Shown piece by piece: positions 10,272 to 19,732 of a stretch of DNA of 64,000 bases; position 1 is the stretch's first letter, and each line of letters starts with the position of its first letter. Below the pieces are notes generated by a model, which worked only from the letters and a program-made list of their open reading frames with translations, was not told the origin of the DNA and ran no database searches. The DNA is from Acidimicrobiales bacterium (GTDB lineage: Bacteria > Actinomycetota > Acidimicrobiia > Acidimicrobiales > UBA8592): contig CBDHFJ010000134.1 of NCBI GenBank assembly GCA_965262315.1, forward strand, positions 11,534 through 75,533, in the 5' to 3' direction. A program made the translations under genes and the position numbers.

Positions 10272-10350
10272 CTCGGCATCTCATCCGATAAGATTGAAGC
10301 ACTGGTGCGATCCAGACACTTGCTTCAACGCCCCCCAAAACGAGGTTCTT

Positions 10351-11625
10351 ATGGCACTGATGATGCGCTGTCGACACTACGGACTGCTGGCTGTGCTCGC
10401 GACGGCGATGATCGCAGATTGTGTTGCCGAGGAACACCGATTCGTCCTCTCCAGCGTGAAGTCCAACGCCAACGAAGAAACGTTCGATCTTGACGGGGTC
10501 GTGCCGGATGAAATCGCGTCGCGATGGAAAATAGAAATGCGGACGCTGCACGGCGGCAAACAGGAAGGCGTCCGCCTGATCTCGATCGACAACGGTACGA
10601 TCACCGTCGCCGTCGTCCCGACTCGCGGGATGAGCATCCTGGACGTGAAGGATTCGAAGACCGGCGAGCGGATTTTCGGTTGGGACTCGCCCGTGCAGGA
10701 AGTGGTTCATCCGAGCCATATCGACTTTGAAAGCCGCGGCGGGCTCGGATGGCTGGAAGGATTCAATGAGTGGATGGTTCGGTGTGGGTTGGAGTTTGCG
10801 GGCCATCCCGGGAAAGACAAGTTCATCAACAACACCGGCGACGAAGCCGAGATGGACCTGACACTGCATGGAAAGATCGGCAACATTCCCGCATCCGAGG
10901 TGGAGTTGACTGTGCAAAAAGAGGCTCCGCACCAAGTCACACTTCGCGGCGTCGTTTCCGAGCGGCAGTTCTATGGGCCCAAGCTCAAACTGACGACAGA
11001 GCTTTCAATGCTGCCCGACTCTCGATCGCTAGAACTGCATGACACGATCACCAACGAGGGCGCTTCGGACCAGGAGTACCAGGTGATCTATCACACGAAT
11101 TTCGGTGTCCCGATCCTGGAAAAAGATGCAAAGGTGGTTGTGGCGGCAAAAGAAATCTGGCCGATGAACGAAACCGCGGCGGAAGGGATCAACGAATTCG
11201 ATCGGTACGGCGCACCGCAAGTTGATTTCGTTGAACAAGTCTACCTGGCGACACCACATTCGGACTCCCGCGGCGAAACCACCGCCGTGCTACACGACGC
11301 AGCGGTCCGTCGTGGTGCGTCAATAACATGGTCCACGGATACGCTCCCCTACCTGACGATTTGGAAGAACACGGCGGCGCTTCGAGACGGCTACGTGACG
11401 GGGATCGAACCGGGGAGCGGATTCCCCTTCAATCGGCGCGTCGAACGACACTACGGACGCGTCCCCAAACTCGCCCCCGGCGATTCCGAGTCGTTTGACC
11501 TGACGTTTACCTTCCTGCCGACCGGCGACGATATCAAACAAGCCGTCATGAAAATCGAACAACTATCTTCGAATCGATCGCCGATCGTGCACACAAGCCC
11601 GCCCGCAAACCCATTTCCGGAATGA
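10351..11625 (+). CDS. exported DUF4432 / aldose-1-epimerase-like (mutarotase fold) protein
   Basis: ORF 10156..11625 trimmed to ATG 10351, giving the signal peptide MALMMRCRHYGLLAVLATAMIADCVA and avoiding overlap with the divergent gene. The body resembles DUF4432/mutarotase-like proteins (LHGGKQEGV, TLHGKIGNIPA); this assignment is from memory. The stop overlaps the next start (ATGA 11622-11625). Confidence 0.5.
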   Translation: MALMMRCRHYGLLAVLATAMIADCVAEEHRFVLSSVKSNANEETFDLDGVVPDEIASRWKIEMRTLHGGKQEGVRLISIDNGTITVAVVPTRGMSILDVKDSKTGERIFGWDSPVQEVVHPSHIDFESRGGLGWLEGFNEWMVRCGLEFAGHPGKDKFINNTGDEAEMDLTLHGKIGNIPASEVELTVQKEAPHQVTLRGVVSERQFYGPKLKLTTELSMLPDSRSLELHDTITNEGASDQEYQVIYHTNFGVPILEKDAKVVVAAKEIWPMNETAAEGINEFDRYGAPQVDFVEQVYLATPHSDSRGETTAVLHDAAVRRGASITWSTDTLPYLTIWKNTAALRDGYVTGIEPGSGFPFNRRVERHYGRVPKLAPGDSESFDLTFTFLPTGDDIKQAVMKIEQLSSNRSPIVHTSPPANPFPE

Positions 11626-13106
11626 TGTTGGAACATCGAATACGGAAACCCCAGTTTCGAAGCGCGATGGCATGCCGCGCTGTCCTGCTCGTGGCAGGAG
11701 TACTTGTATCCCCGGCATCCGCGCAATCAACACGTGAAGAGGTCACAGCCGCGATGCATCGCGCCGTGACGTTCTTTCGTAAGAACGCCTCCGCCCACGG
11801 CGGCTACGTCTATCAAATCAGTGCCGATCTCTCCCGGCGCGAAGGGGAGGGCAGGGTGGGGAAGACCACCGCCTGGATCGAACCTCCGGCGACGCCGAGT
11901 GTGGGGATGGCGTATCTGAGTGCGTATCGCAGGTGCGGCGATCCAATGCTGTTGGATGCGGCGAAAGAGACGGCATCCGCCCTCGTCCGCGGGCAACTAC
12001 GATCCGGCGGCTGGGACAATCGAATCGAGTTCGATCCAACGGATCGTGCGAAGTACTCGTATCGCGTGGACTCCAGGACAGACAAGAAGACCCACAACAC
12101 GACGACGTTTGACGATGACAAGTCGCAGTCGGCGATTCGATTCTTGATGCAACTTGATCGAGAACTCGGCTTCGGTGACCCGGCAATCCACCGTTGCGTT
12201 ATCTACGCGCTCGATGCGACAACGAAAGCCCAGTATTCAAACGGCGCGTGGCCACAGCGATATAGCGAATTCCGCGAACCTTCCGGCTCCGAGCCGCTGA
12301 AAGCGTCGATTCCCGATTCGTGGCCACGGACTTACCCGGCAAAGAGATATGCGGACTACTACACGTTGAACGATAACACGCTTAGCGATTTGATCGTGAC
12401 GATGCTAGACGCATGGGAAACCTACCAAGATTCACGTTACCTCGATTCCGCAATACGCGGCGGCGAGTTCTTGTTGCGAGCCCAGCTACCGGAACCACAA
12501 CCGGGTTGGGCACAGCAATATGACCAGAACATGCACCCCGCCTGGGCTCGCAAGTTCGAACCGCCCGCAATCAGCGGCGGCGAATCGCAAGGCGTGATGC
12601 GGACACTGATGACACTCTATCGCCGAACCGCGGCCGAGACGGACAACGCCGAACGATTCCTGGAGCCGATTCCGCGTGCGATCGCCTACTTTCGCCGGTC
12701 CCTGCTGGATGACGGTCGGTTGGCGAGGTTTTACGAGATGGAGACCAACCGTCCCCTGTTCTTCACGACGGATTACGAACTCGTGTACACGACGCACGAC
12801 TTGCCGACGCATTACGGATTTATCGTGACATCGAAGCTGGACCCGATCGAAAAGGAACTCGGCAAACTTCGACGTACCGACGTCGGCGATCGATGGCCGG
12901 GCCAGTCGAGGGGAACACGAGACCGGTCGACAGAGTTTGACCGGGAGGTGACGCAATTGATCCTCAAGTTGGATCCACGTGGCGCTTGGGTGGAACCCGG
13001 GAAGCTTCGTTATCACGGTGCCGGCGACACGACGACCCACGTCATTCGCAGTGACACGTTTGCCAAGAACCTGCGGACGCTGGCCGAATGGCTGGCGGCG
13101 AAATGA
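11622..13106 (+). CDS. exported alpha/alpha-toroid protein, candidate PL10 (PelA/Pel-15E-like) pectate-lyase family member
   Basis: 494 aa with signal peptide MACRAVLLVAGVLVSPASAQ. Repeated G-G-W/aromatic motifs: HGGYVYQ, RSGGWDNR, SNGAWPQRY. TTFDDDKSQSAIRFL resembles the PL10 block xTxDNxAT..E.RFL as I remember it. Confidence 0.45.
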   Translation: MMLEHRIRKPQFRSAMACRAVLLVAGVLVSPASAQSTREEVTAAMHRAVTFFRKNASAHGGYVYQISADLSRREGEGRVGKTTAWIEPPATPSVGMAYLSAYRRCGDPMLLDAAKETASALVRGQLRSGGWDNRIEFDPTDRAKYSYRVDSRTDKKTHNTTTFDDDKSQSAIRFLMQLDRELGFGDPAIHRCVIYALDATTKAQYSNGAWPQRYSEFREPSGSEPLKASIPDSWPRTYPAKRYADYYTLNDNTLSDLIVTMLDAWETYQDSRYLDSAIRGGEFLLRAQLPEPQPGWAQQYDQNMHPAWARKFEPPAISGGESQGVMRTLMTLYRRTAAETDNAERFLEPIPRAIAYFRRSLLDDGRLARFYEMETNRPLFFTTDYELVYTTHDLPTHYGFIVTSKLDPIEKELGKLRRTDVGDRWPGQSRGTRDRSTEFDREVTQLILKLDPRGAWVEPGKLRYHGAGDTTTHVIRSDTFAKNLRTLAEWLAAK

Positions 13107-13130
13107 ATCGGCGCAACATGAATCGACGGG

Positions 13131-13163
13131 GAAATCGACAGAGAAATCGACAGAGAAATCGGA
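13131..13163. repeat. 12-bp tandem repeat gaaatcgacaga x2 plus a partial third copy, in the gap between convergent genes
   Basis: Units at 13131-13142, 13143-13154 and 13155-13163 (gaaatcgga). Related (a/g)aatcg(a/g) words also occur at 13105-13127. Confidence 0.9.
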
Positions 13164-13194
13164 TGCCCACGATGACCGGCGAAACGAGTGGACA

Positions 13195-15423
13195 TCAGGT
13201 CAAGGTCGCCGCACGAAGTCGCAGTGCGTTTGCAATCACAGAGACGCTACTGAAGCTCATCGCGGCCGCGGCAATCATTGGGCTGAGCAGCACGCCCAGC
13301 AGCGGATAGAGCAGCCCGGCGGCAACCGGGATCCCCAACGCGTTGTACACAAAGGCGAAGAACAGGTTTTGCCGGATGTTGCGCATCGTCTTGCGGCTAA
13401 GATGACTCGCCGCCGCGACACCGCGAAGATCACCACCGACGAGCGTCACACCGGCCGATTCGATGGCCACACCCGTTCCGGTCCCCATCGCAATACCAAC
13501 ATTTGCCTCCGCCAAGGCGGGAGCATCGTTGATTCCGTCACCGGCCATCGCAACCACTTGACCTGCGTCCTTCAGACGCTTCACGAAATGATGTTTGTCT
13601 TCCGGTGAGACACTGGCATGAAATTCATCGATGCCAAGTTCTTCGGCGACCGCCCTGGCAGTTGGTTCCGCGTCACCAGTTAGCATCACCACGCTTAAGC
13701 CGAGTTCGTGTAGCGTCTCGAGCGCCGCCGGAGTGCTTTCCTTGATGGGATCGGTGATGGCCATGATGGCGGCGAGCTGGCCGTCGATCGCGACATAGAT
13801 CACCGTTGCTCCTTGCGATTGATGCACGGTTGCTCGCTCGCGTCCCCATTCGACGCGTGCGATCGACCGCTCCTCAAGCAAGTCCCCATGCCCCATCAGG
13901 ACTTGATGGTTGTCAACGATCCCTTGAACACCGCCACCGGTGATACTGTCGAAGTCGATCACATCGGGGAGTGCTATTTCGTCCGACTCCGCTCGCCGAA
14001 CGACGGCCCGAGCTAATGGATGTTCGCTGCGGGCTTCCACCGCGGCTGCCAATCTCAGCACTTCGTTCTCAGACCAGTCCGCCAACGTCTCCACCGCGGT
14101 CACTTCGGGACGACCTTTCGTCAAAGTGCCCGTCTTATCGACGACGACGGTATTGACTTTCTCCATCACTTCCAGAACTTCGGCGTTCTTGATCAGCACA
14201 CCTTCTTGCGCACCACGACCCACGCCAACCATCACGGACATCGGCGTTGCCAGTCCGAGCGCGCACGGGCAGGCAATGATCAACACCGCTACCGCCGCGA
14301 CGAATGCGTGAGCCAGCCGGGGCTCCGGCCCGAACCATGCCCACCCGATGAACGCCGTCATCGAACAAACAACGACCGCCGGAACAAAATACTGAGCGAC
14401 ACCATCGACCAGCTTTTGGATCGGGGCGCGGCTTCGCTGTGCTTCCGCCACCATCTGCACGATGCGATGCAACACGGTTTCCCCGCCTACTCCGGAAACC
14501 ATCATGACCAAAGCCCCTGTCTGGTTCAGCGTTCCACCGGTGATCTCGTCGCCCACTCGCTTCATCACCGGGATCGGCTCACCGGTCAGCATCGATTCAT
14601 CCACACTGCTGCTGCCGCTAACAACTTTGCCATCCACCGGAACCTTCTCGCCCGGTCGCACCTGCAACCGATCGCCCTTTTGGACATCTTCGAGCGCAAC
14701 CTCTGTCTCACCCTGATCTGTCAACAAATGAGCCGTTTCCGGCGCAAGCTGCATCAGCTCGCGAATCGCATTGCCCGTGTGTTGTCGCGCGCGTAATTCT
14801 AATACCTGCCCCAGCAACACCAGTGTGATGATCACGGCAGCCGCCTCAAAATAAAGCGGCGGTTTCCCGTTCTCGAAAAACGCGTCCGGAACCAGGGTGG
14901 GAAATAGTACGACGCACAAACTAAACAAAAATGCGGCCAGCGTTCCCAATGTGATGAGCGAGAACATATTCAGACTTCGCGAGCGAAAAGAGTTGATCCC
15001 GCGAACCAACAATGGCCAGCCGCACCAGAATACGACGGGTGTCGCCAAGGCGAGCTGCACCCAGCCGAAAGCCGTCGTTGACATTCCTTCGGCCGGATTC
15101 CAGCCAACCATTGGCCCCATCGCCAGAACGAGCAACGGCAGCGATAAGACCACGCCGACCCAAAACCTTTGCAACATGTCACCGCAGGAGCCATCATCGC
15201 CGAGGTCGGTCACATCGACGTACTTCGGCTCCAAATCCATCCCGCAAATCGGGCAATCCCCCGGTCCGATTTGTTCGATCTCCAGGTGCATCGGACAGGT
15301 GTAGATCGCATCCGTCCCGGCCGATGCTTTCCGCACATCGGATGAGGGACCGCCGTGATGCGAGCAACAACTGCGTTCACCATCCATCGCTTCGGTCCGA
15401 TCTGCATCTCGCTGAACAGCCAT
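13195..15423 (-). CDS. copA: Cu(I)/Ag(I)-translocating P1B-type ATPase
   Basis: 742 aa. Motifs: [31 protein letters not shown], plus the TM signatures YN (FAFVYNALG) and MSFSS. N-terminus: CCSHHGG plus [24 protein letters not shown]. Confidence 0.9.
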   Translation of the reverse strand: MAVQRDADRTEAMDGERSCCSHHGGPSSDVRKASAGTDAIYTCPMHLEIEQIGPGDCPICGMDLEPKYVDVTDLGDDGSCGDMLQRFWVGVVLSLPLLVLAMGPMVGWNPAEGMSTTAFGWVQLALATPVVFWCGWPLLVRGINSFRSRSLNMFSLITLGTLAAFLFSLCVVLFPTLVPDAFFENGKPPLYFEAAAVIITLVLLGQVLELRARQHTGNAIRELMQLAPETAHLLTDQGETEVALEDVQKGDRLQVRPGEKVPVDGKVVSGSSSVDESMLTGEPIPVMKRVGDEITGGTLNQTGALVMMVSGVGGETVLHRIVQMVAEAQRSRAPIQKLVDGVAQYFVPAVVVCSMTAFIGWAWFGPEPRLAHAFVAAVAVLIIACPCALGLATPMSVMVGVGRGAQEGVLIKNAEVLEVMEKVNTVVVDKTGTLTKGRPEVTAVETLADWSENEVLRLAAAVEARSEHPLARAVVRRAESDEIALPDVIDFDSITGGGVQGIVDNHQVLMGHGDLLEERSIARVEWGRERATVHQSQGATVIYVAIDGQLAAIMAITDPIKESTPAALETLHELGLSVVMLTGDAEPTARAVAEELGIDEFHASVSPEDKHHFVKRLKDAGQVVAMAGDGINDAPALAEANVGIAMGTGTGVAIESAGVTLVGGDLRGVAAASHLSRKTMRNIRQNLFFAFVYNALGIPVAAGLLYPLLGVLLSPMIAAAAMSFSSVSVIANALRLRAATLT

Positions 15424-15586
15424 AGCCGTGACGTCTTCCGGTTCAACCTCGAATCATTGCCAGCACGTTCTCCCACAGAAAGAATGTTTTCGTGTGAAAG
15501 AGACAATCTGGCCGGCGTGGCATCGACCATCATCCGGCAAAACCCATACCGTATGCCGCGGACCGTGAAATGCCAATTGCTGGGCC

Positions 15587-15632
15587 GGAAAAGGGGTCCG
15601 CGCCCCCTTTTCCTGGCGCCCCCTTTTCCTGG
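15587..15632. repeat. 10-bp-stem hairpin whose 3' arm lies in an exactly duplicated 16-mer (cgcccccttttcctgg x2)
   Basis: GGAAAAGGGG (15587-15596) pairs with CCCCTTTTCC (15604-13). The 16-mer at 15601-15616 is repeated exactly at 15617-15632, giving a second possible arm. It lies between the CDF stop (15656) and the copA start (15423). There is no clear U-tract on the minus strand. Confidence 0.6.
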
Positions 15633-15655
15633 CACCGCAACTTTTCAAACCAAGC

Positions 15656-16564
15656 CTAATCCATCGCATCCAACTGCGGCCGTGTGTGTGGTTCGATGTG
15701 GACGTGCACATCACGGACTCGCGGCATTTCGGCCAACAACTTGTTCTTGACGTCGTGTCCGATGCGGTGACCCTCATCGACCGTCAATCGTCCGTCGACT
15801 TCGACATGAATCTCGATGAAGTACTCGAGACCACTTTTTCGGACCCGCAGTTTTTCGACCTCATCGACTCCCGCGACGGTTTGAGCGATGAGCCGAACGT
15901 TTGCGACCATCGATTCGTCGGCCTGTTGATCCATCAACTCGCGTGCGGTCGAAAGAAACAGCTGGATCCCGGTGAACACAAGAATTCCGCACACACAAAA
16001 CGCGGCGATCGGATCGATGTAGGGCGCGGCGGCGCCCGTGTAGGGTGTGGCCAACAACGCGACCGCAACGACGCCCGATCCCAGCGCGTCGCTGCGGTGG
16101 TCCCAGGCTGTCGCTTTCAGCGCCGCGGAGTTCAGTCGTGTCGCGACACGGCGTGTGTACTGGTAGATCACTTCTTTGACGATCGCGCACGCCGCCGCGA
16201 TGAAGCCGGCGACAGCCGCGGGCGGTTTTAGTTCACCCCAAAATCGCTGAACTGTTTCGATCCCCAGTAGGCCGGCGCTAAAGGCTACCAACAGCGCGAC
16301 GCTCAGCCCGGCAATCGATTCGGCTTTGGTGTGTCCGTACGGATGATCTTCGTCTTCATCGATTTGCGCGACGCTGAGCGCACCTCGGACGGCCATCGCA
16401 CTTGCGACATCGCCGATCGAGTTGACGGCGTCGGCCAGTAGGGCAGAGGAACCTGTGACGACGCCGCCGACCAACTTCACGACGACCAACACCGAGTTGA
16501 CGCCGAGACCCCAAACGGCCGCCCGGCTGGCGTCCAGATAGACACGCTCGCGTCCGGCGATCAC
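15656..16564 (-). CDS. cation diffusion facilitator (CDF) family divalent-metal efflux transporter
   Basis: 302 aa. LLADAVNSIGDV and DEDHPYGHTKAESIAG are CDF signature regions. Six hydrophobic helices are followed by a C-terminal cytoplasmic domain. Confidence 0.85.
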   Translation of the reverse strand: MIAGRERVYLDASRAAVWGLGVNSVLVVVKLVGGVVTGSSALLADAVNSIGDVASAMAVRGALSVAQIDEDEDHPYGHTKAESIAGLSVALLVAFSAGLLGIETVQRFWGELKPPAAVAGFIAAACAIVKEVIYQYTRRVATRLNSAALKATAWDHRSDALGSGVVAVALLATPYTGAAAPYIDPIAAFCVCGILVFTGIQLFLSTARELMDQQADESMVANVRLIAQTVAGVDEVEKLRVRKSGLEYFIEIHVEVDGRLTVDEGHRIGHDVKNKLLAEMPRVRDVHVHIEPHTRPQLDAMD

Positions 16565-16585
16565 CGCTTCGTCACGAGGGGACTG

Positions 16586-18874
16586 ATGGACAATGGGAGC
16601 TGGATCGGTATCAGGTGGAAAGGTTACCGGCGGATGTCCCTGATTCTAACGGTCTCCCGGCCGTTTTGTGACCTACGGTTTTGCGTACTCCGCACGCAAC
16701 CCCATGCGTTTTCGCGCCCCGTCAAGCTTCAAATCCGCCCAAAACTCATGTCATCCGCAAATCCCGCAAAACCCGGTTTCGCATCCGTATCGCCGATTCC
16801 GTCGGATGTGAAAGGCCGATCGATGTTCTGGTTCGCCGCCACGACACTGTTGGGCGCGTTCTTGGTGTTCCAGGTCCAGCCGGTGATCAGCAAGTGTGTG
16901 TTGCCGTGGTTCGGGGGGACGCCGGCGGTGTGGACGACGTGCATGTTGTTTTTCCAACTGCTGTTATTTGGTGGCTACTTGTATGCTCACCTGCTGCGGT
17001 CCTTCCTCAAGCCAACCGGACAGGCGTTGGTGCATCTGACGCTGCTTTGCTGCGCGGCACTGTTGCTACCGATCGAACCGTCCGATGCATGGAAACCCGG
17101 CGGGAACGAGTCGCCTACGATCTATTTGCTGTGGATGCTTGCGGCCCATGTGGGGCTGCCCTATTTCGTATTATCCAGCACGGGTCCGTTGATCCAAGCG
17201 TGGCTCAGTTATCACGATGACAGTGATCGTGTTTATCGATTGTACGCGCTGTCCAACGCCGGCTCGCTGTTCGCGCTGCTCAGTTACCCGTTTGTTGTCG
17301 AACCGATGCTATCGGTTTCCAGCCAGAGCACGGCCTGGTCGTTGATGTTTTGTGGTTTCGTGCTTGTGCAAGGGGTCGTGGCGATTGGCTTGTTTCGCGT
17401 CGGAGATCGCGCGGCGGACAAGATGGTCGCGACGGCGACGGAATCACCCGATCGGATGGGACCGAATTGGCAGACGCGAGTGTGCTGGATCGCGCTTCCG
17501 GCTCTGGCATCGACGATGTTGTTGTGCGTGACGAATCACGTTTGCCAGGACATCGCTGTGGTACCGTTTCTGTGGGTACTGCCGCTTAGCCTTTATTTGT
17601 GTAGCTTCATCATTTGTTTCGATTCGCCGCAGTGGTATCGGCCAAAGTTGACGGCGGTGATCACGCTGATCGCGATCGCCGCGATTCAACTGAAGGGATA
17701 CGTGCCGAACCAGTTGACCCTGATTACGGAAGCCGTCGCATTCATGGTTTTGCTGATGGGCGTTTGCTTGTTGTGTCACGGCGAAGTCGCCAGACTGAAA
17801 CCCCCGACTCGACATCTGACTCAGTACTACGCGATGTTGTCCGGCGGGGGAGCAATCGGTGGTCTGATTGTCGCCATCCTTTGCCCCCTGTTACTGGACA
17901 GCTATGCCGAATTGACAATCGGCGTCAACTTGGTCACGACGCTCACGTTCTTGCTGTACTTCGCTTGCAGCGGATGGAAGACAACCTCTTACGATTGGTC
18001 CGAGGCATACCGTCTTCGGTACTGCGCCGTCGCGATCGCGGTCGTCCCGATCATCTACGGTCTGACCACGGCCAATGAAGCGACGATCGCGCGGGAACGT
18101 AACTTCTTCGGAGTTTTGCGTGTCAATGTCGATGAACACGGAAAACACTTGATTCACGGCAGCACGATCCACGGCATGCAGCGCACCGGTGAACACGCGA
18201 TGCAGCCGACGACCTACTACGGACACCAAAGCGGCGTGGGGCTGGCGATCGAGGAGCTGCAGCGAAGCAAAGATTCCTTGCGAATCGGTGTGGTCGGCCT
18301 GGGGTGTGGTGTCTTGACCGCGTACGGACGCCCCAGCGATCAGTACGACGTGATCGAGATCAACCCGGCCGTCTTGGACATCGCTCAAACGCATTTCACG
18401 TTCATGCAGAATTGCCCATCAACGATTCGTCATCACCTCGGTGACGGGCGTTTGGTTTTGGAACGAATGACGGGCGAGAAATTCGACATCCTGGTTTTGG
18501 ACGCGTTTAGCAGCGACGCGATTCCGGCGCACCTACTGACTCGCGAAGCATTCGAATTGTTTCAAGACCGCTTGCCGGCGGACGGGGTCTTGGCCGTCCA
18601 TGTCTCCAATAAACACCTCGACCTGATCCCGCTCGTTCATCGAATGAGTCACGACGCGGGATTGACGAGCCGCGTGGTGCGAAACGAAATGGACCGAGAG
18701 ATATGTATCTCGGGCGCTCATTGGGTGCTTGTCACGCGCGAGGGCCACGAGATTTGGCAGCGAGAATCGATGGCCGAGTCGCAACCCGCGACGGCGGAAG
18801 AATTGGCTCGTGCGCCGCTTTGGACCGATCAAAACCACAACTTGGTCAGCGTCCTGCGAATCTGGGGCGAGTGA
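16586..18874 (+). CDS. membrane-fused spermidine-synthase-like protein (polytopic N-terminal domain + AdoMet-fold C-terminal domain)
   Basis: 762-aa ORF. About 10 hydrophobic helices are followed by VVGLGCGVLTAY..VIEINPAV..GDGR..DILVLDAFSSDAIPAHLLT. The true start is probably ATG 16748 (MSSANPAK) or later. The TGA stop at 18872-18874 sits at the sequence discontinuity. Confidence 0.7.
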   Translation: MDNGSWIGIRWKGYRRMSLILTVSRPFCDLRFCVLRTQPHAFSRPVKLQIRPKLMSSANPAKPGFASVSPIPSDVKGRSMFWFAATTLLGAFLVFQVQPVISKCVLPWFGGTPAVWTTCMLFFQLLLFGGYLYAHLLRSFLKPTGQALVHLTLLCCAALLLPIEPSDAWKPGGNESPTIYLLWMLAAHVGLPYFVLSSTGPLIQAWLSYHDDSDRVYRLYALSNAGSLFALLSYPFVVEPMLSVSSQSTAWSLMFCGFVLVQGVVAIGLFRVGDRAADKMVATATESPDRMGPNWQTRVCWIALPALASTMLLCVTNHVCQDIAVVPFLWVLPLSLYLCSFIICFDSPQWYRPKLTAVITLIAIAAIQLKGYVPNQLTLITEAVAFMVLLMGVCLLCHGEVARLKPPTRHLTQYYAMLSGGGAIGGLIVAILCPLLLDSYAELTIGVNLVTTLTFLLYFACSGWKTTSYDWSEAYRLRYCAVAIAVVPIIYGLTTANEATIARERNFFGVLRVNVDEHGKHLIHGSTIHGMQRTGEHAMQPTTYYGHQSGVGLAIEELQRSKDSLRIGVVGLGCGVLTAYGRPSDQYDVIEINPAVLDIAQTHFTFMQNCPSTIRHHLGDGRLVLERMTGEKFDILVLDAFSSDAIPAHLLTREAFELFQDRLPADGVLAVHVSNKHLDLIPLVHRMSHDAGLTSRVVRNEMDREICISGAHWVLVTREGHEIWQRESMAESQPATAEELARAPLWTDQNHNLVSVLRIWGE

Positions 18875-18880
18875 TTCTCG
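18865..18880. other. sequence discontinuity (contig join / chimeric junction) between planctomycete-type and actinobacterial-type DNA
   Basis: Base composition, codon style and gene families all change abruptly here. The minus-strand histidine kinase loses its catalytic half at this point. Confidence 0.8.
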
Positions 18881-19710
18881 TCCGCCGCCACGACGGTGCC
18901 GTCCAGCCGGGTCGATGCCGCAACCTCCTCGACCAGCAGGTCGAGCCGGAGGGGGGCCAGCCGGGGGACGGCCTGGCCGGCCTCCAGCCGCGCCATCTCC
19001 AACAACGAGTTCACGCCGCTTCCGGCCCGTTCGGTGGCCACCTGGATCTCCGCCAGGGACCGCTGGTACTCCCACGCCTCCCGTTCCCGCGACAACGCGT
19101 GGGAGGCAGACGCCTGGATCACCGCGAGCGGGGTCCGGAGCTCGTGGGCGGCGTCGGCGATGAAATCCCGTTGCTGGCCCATGGCCGCCTTCGCCGGCTC
19201 GAGTGACCGCCCTGCCAGGCGCCAGGCGACGAACGCGGCAGCGGCGATCATCCCGATGGCCGCCAGCGAGATGCGCCACTTCAGGCCCGAGATGTCGCTG
19301 ACGAACCCGTCCATCTCGATCGCGGCCACCAGGAAGTCGTCGTTCTGCAGGTGGCGGGTCCCGGCCATCCACGGCCCGTTCTGGTCGAACCGGAAGTAGT
19401 TCCGGCCCCCGTAGGAGGCGTTGGCATAGGCGAACAGCGGCGGTTCGACCCAGGTGTCACCGATCGGCTCGAAGCTCTCGTCAGCGGTGTTGACGTACCA
19501 GGTGTTGTTGGCGAGCCAGCCCTCAGGGGCGAGCTGCTCCAGGAAGACGTCCGAGATGAGTGTGTCCAGGTCGCGCTCGGCGGACTGGACGATCCGCTCC
19601 TCGCCCGCCCGCGCGGCGAGCACCGCCATCACGATCACCGCGACGGCCAACACCGCGGTGAACAGCACCGTCAGCTGGACCCGGGTCCGGGCGAGGTTCA
19701 TGCCCGACAA
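18875..19710 (-). CDS. sensor histidine kinase, 3' (HATPase) half missing because of the junction
   Basis: N-terminal TM, extracytoplasmic loop and second TM, then HisKA with AAHELRTPLAVI. No N/G1/G2 ATPase boxes. Meaningful sequence ends at ..RLDGTVVAADE; the rest of track ORF 18829..19710 (NHSPQIRRTLTKLWF) is read-through into the other genome. TTG 19710 or ATG 19701 start. Confidence 0.75.
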
Positions 19711-19732
19711 CGGTACGGGGTGGTCGGGGCGG

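Noticed and set aside
10018-10935. 305-aa minus-strand ORF spanning the divergent promoter region
   Set aside because: It overlaps both the PSCyt gene start and the DUF4432-like gene in antisense or alternative frames, and has no motifs.
18700-19100. Mobile element or integration site at the compositional boundary
   Set aside because: I looked for integrase or transposase ORFs, a tRNA/tmRNA target, and direct or inverted terminal repeats on both sides and found none. The truncated kinase argues for an artificial join.
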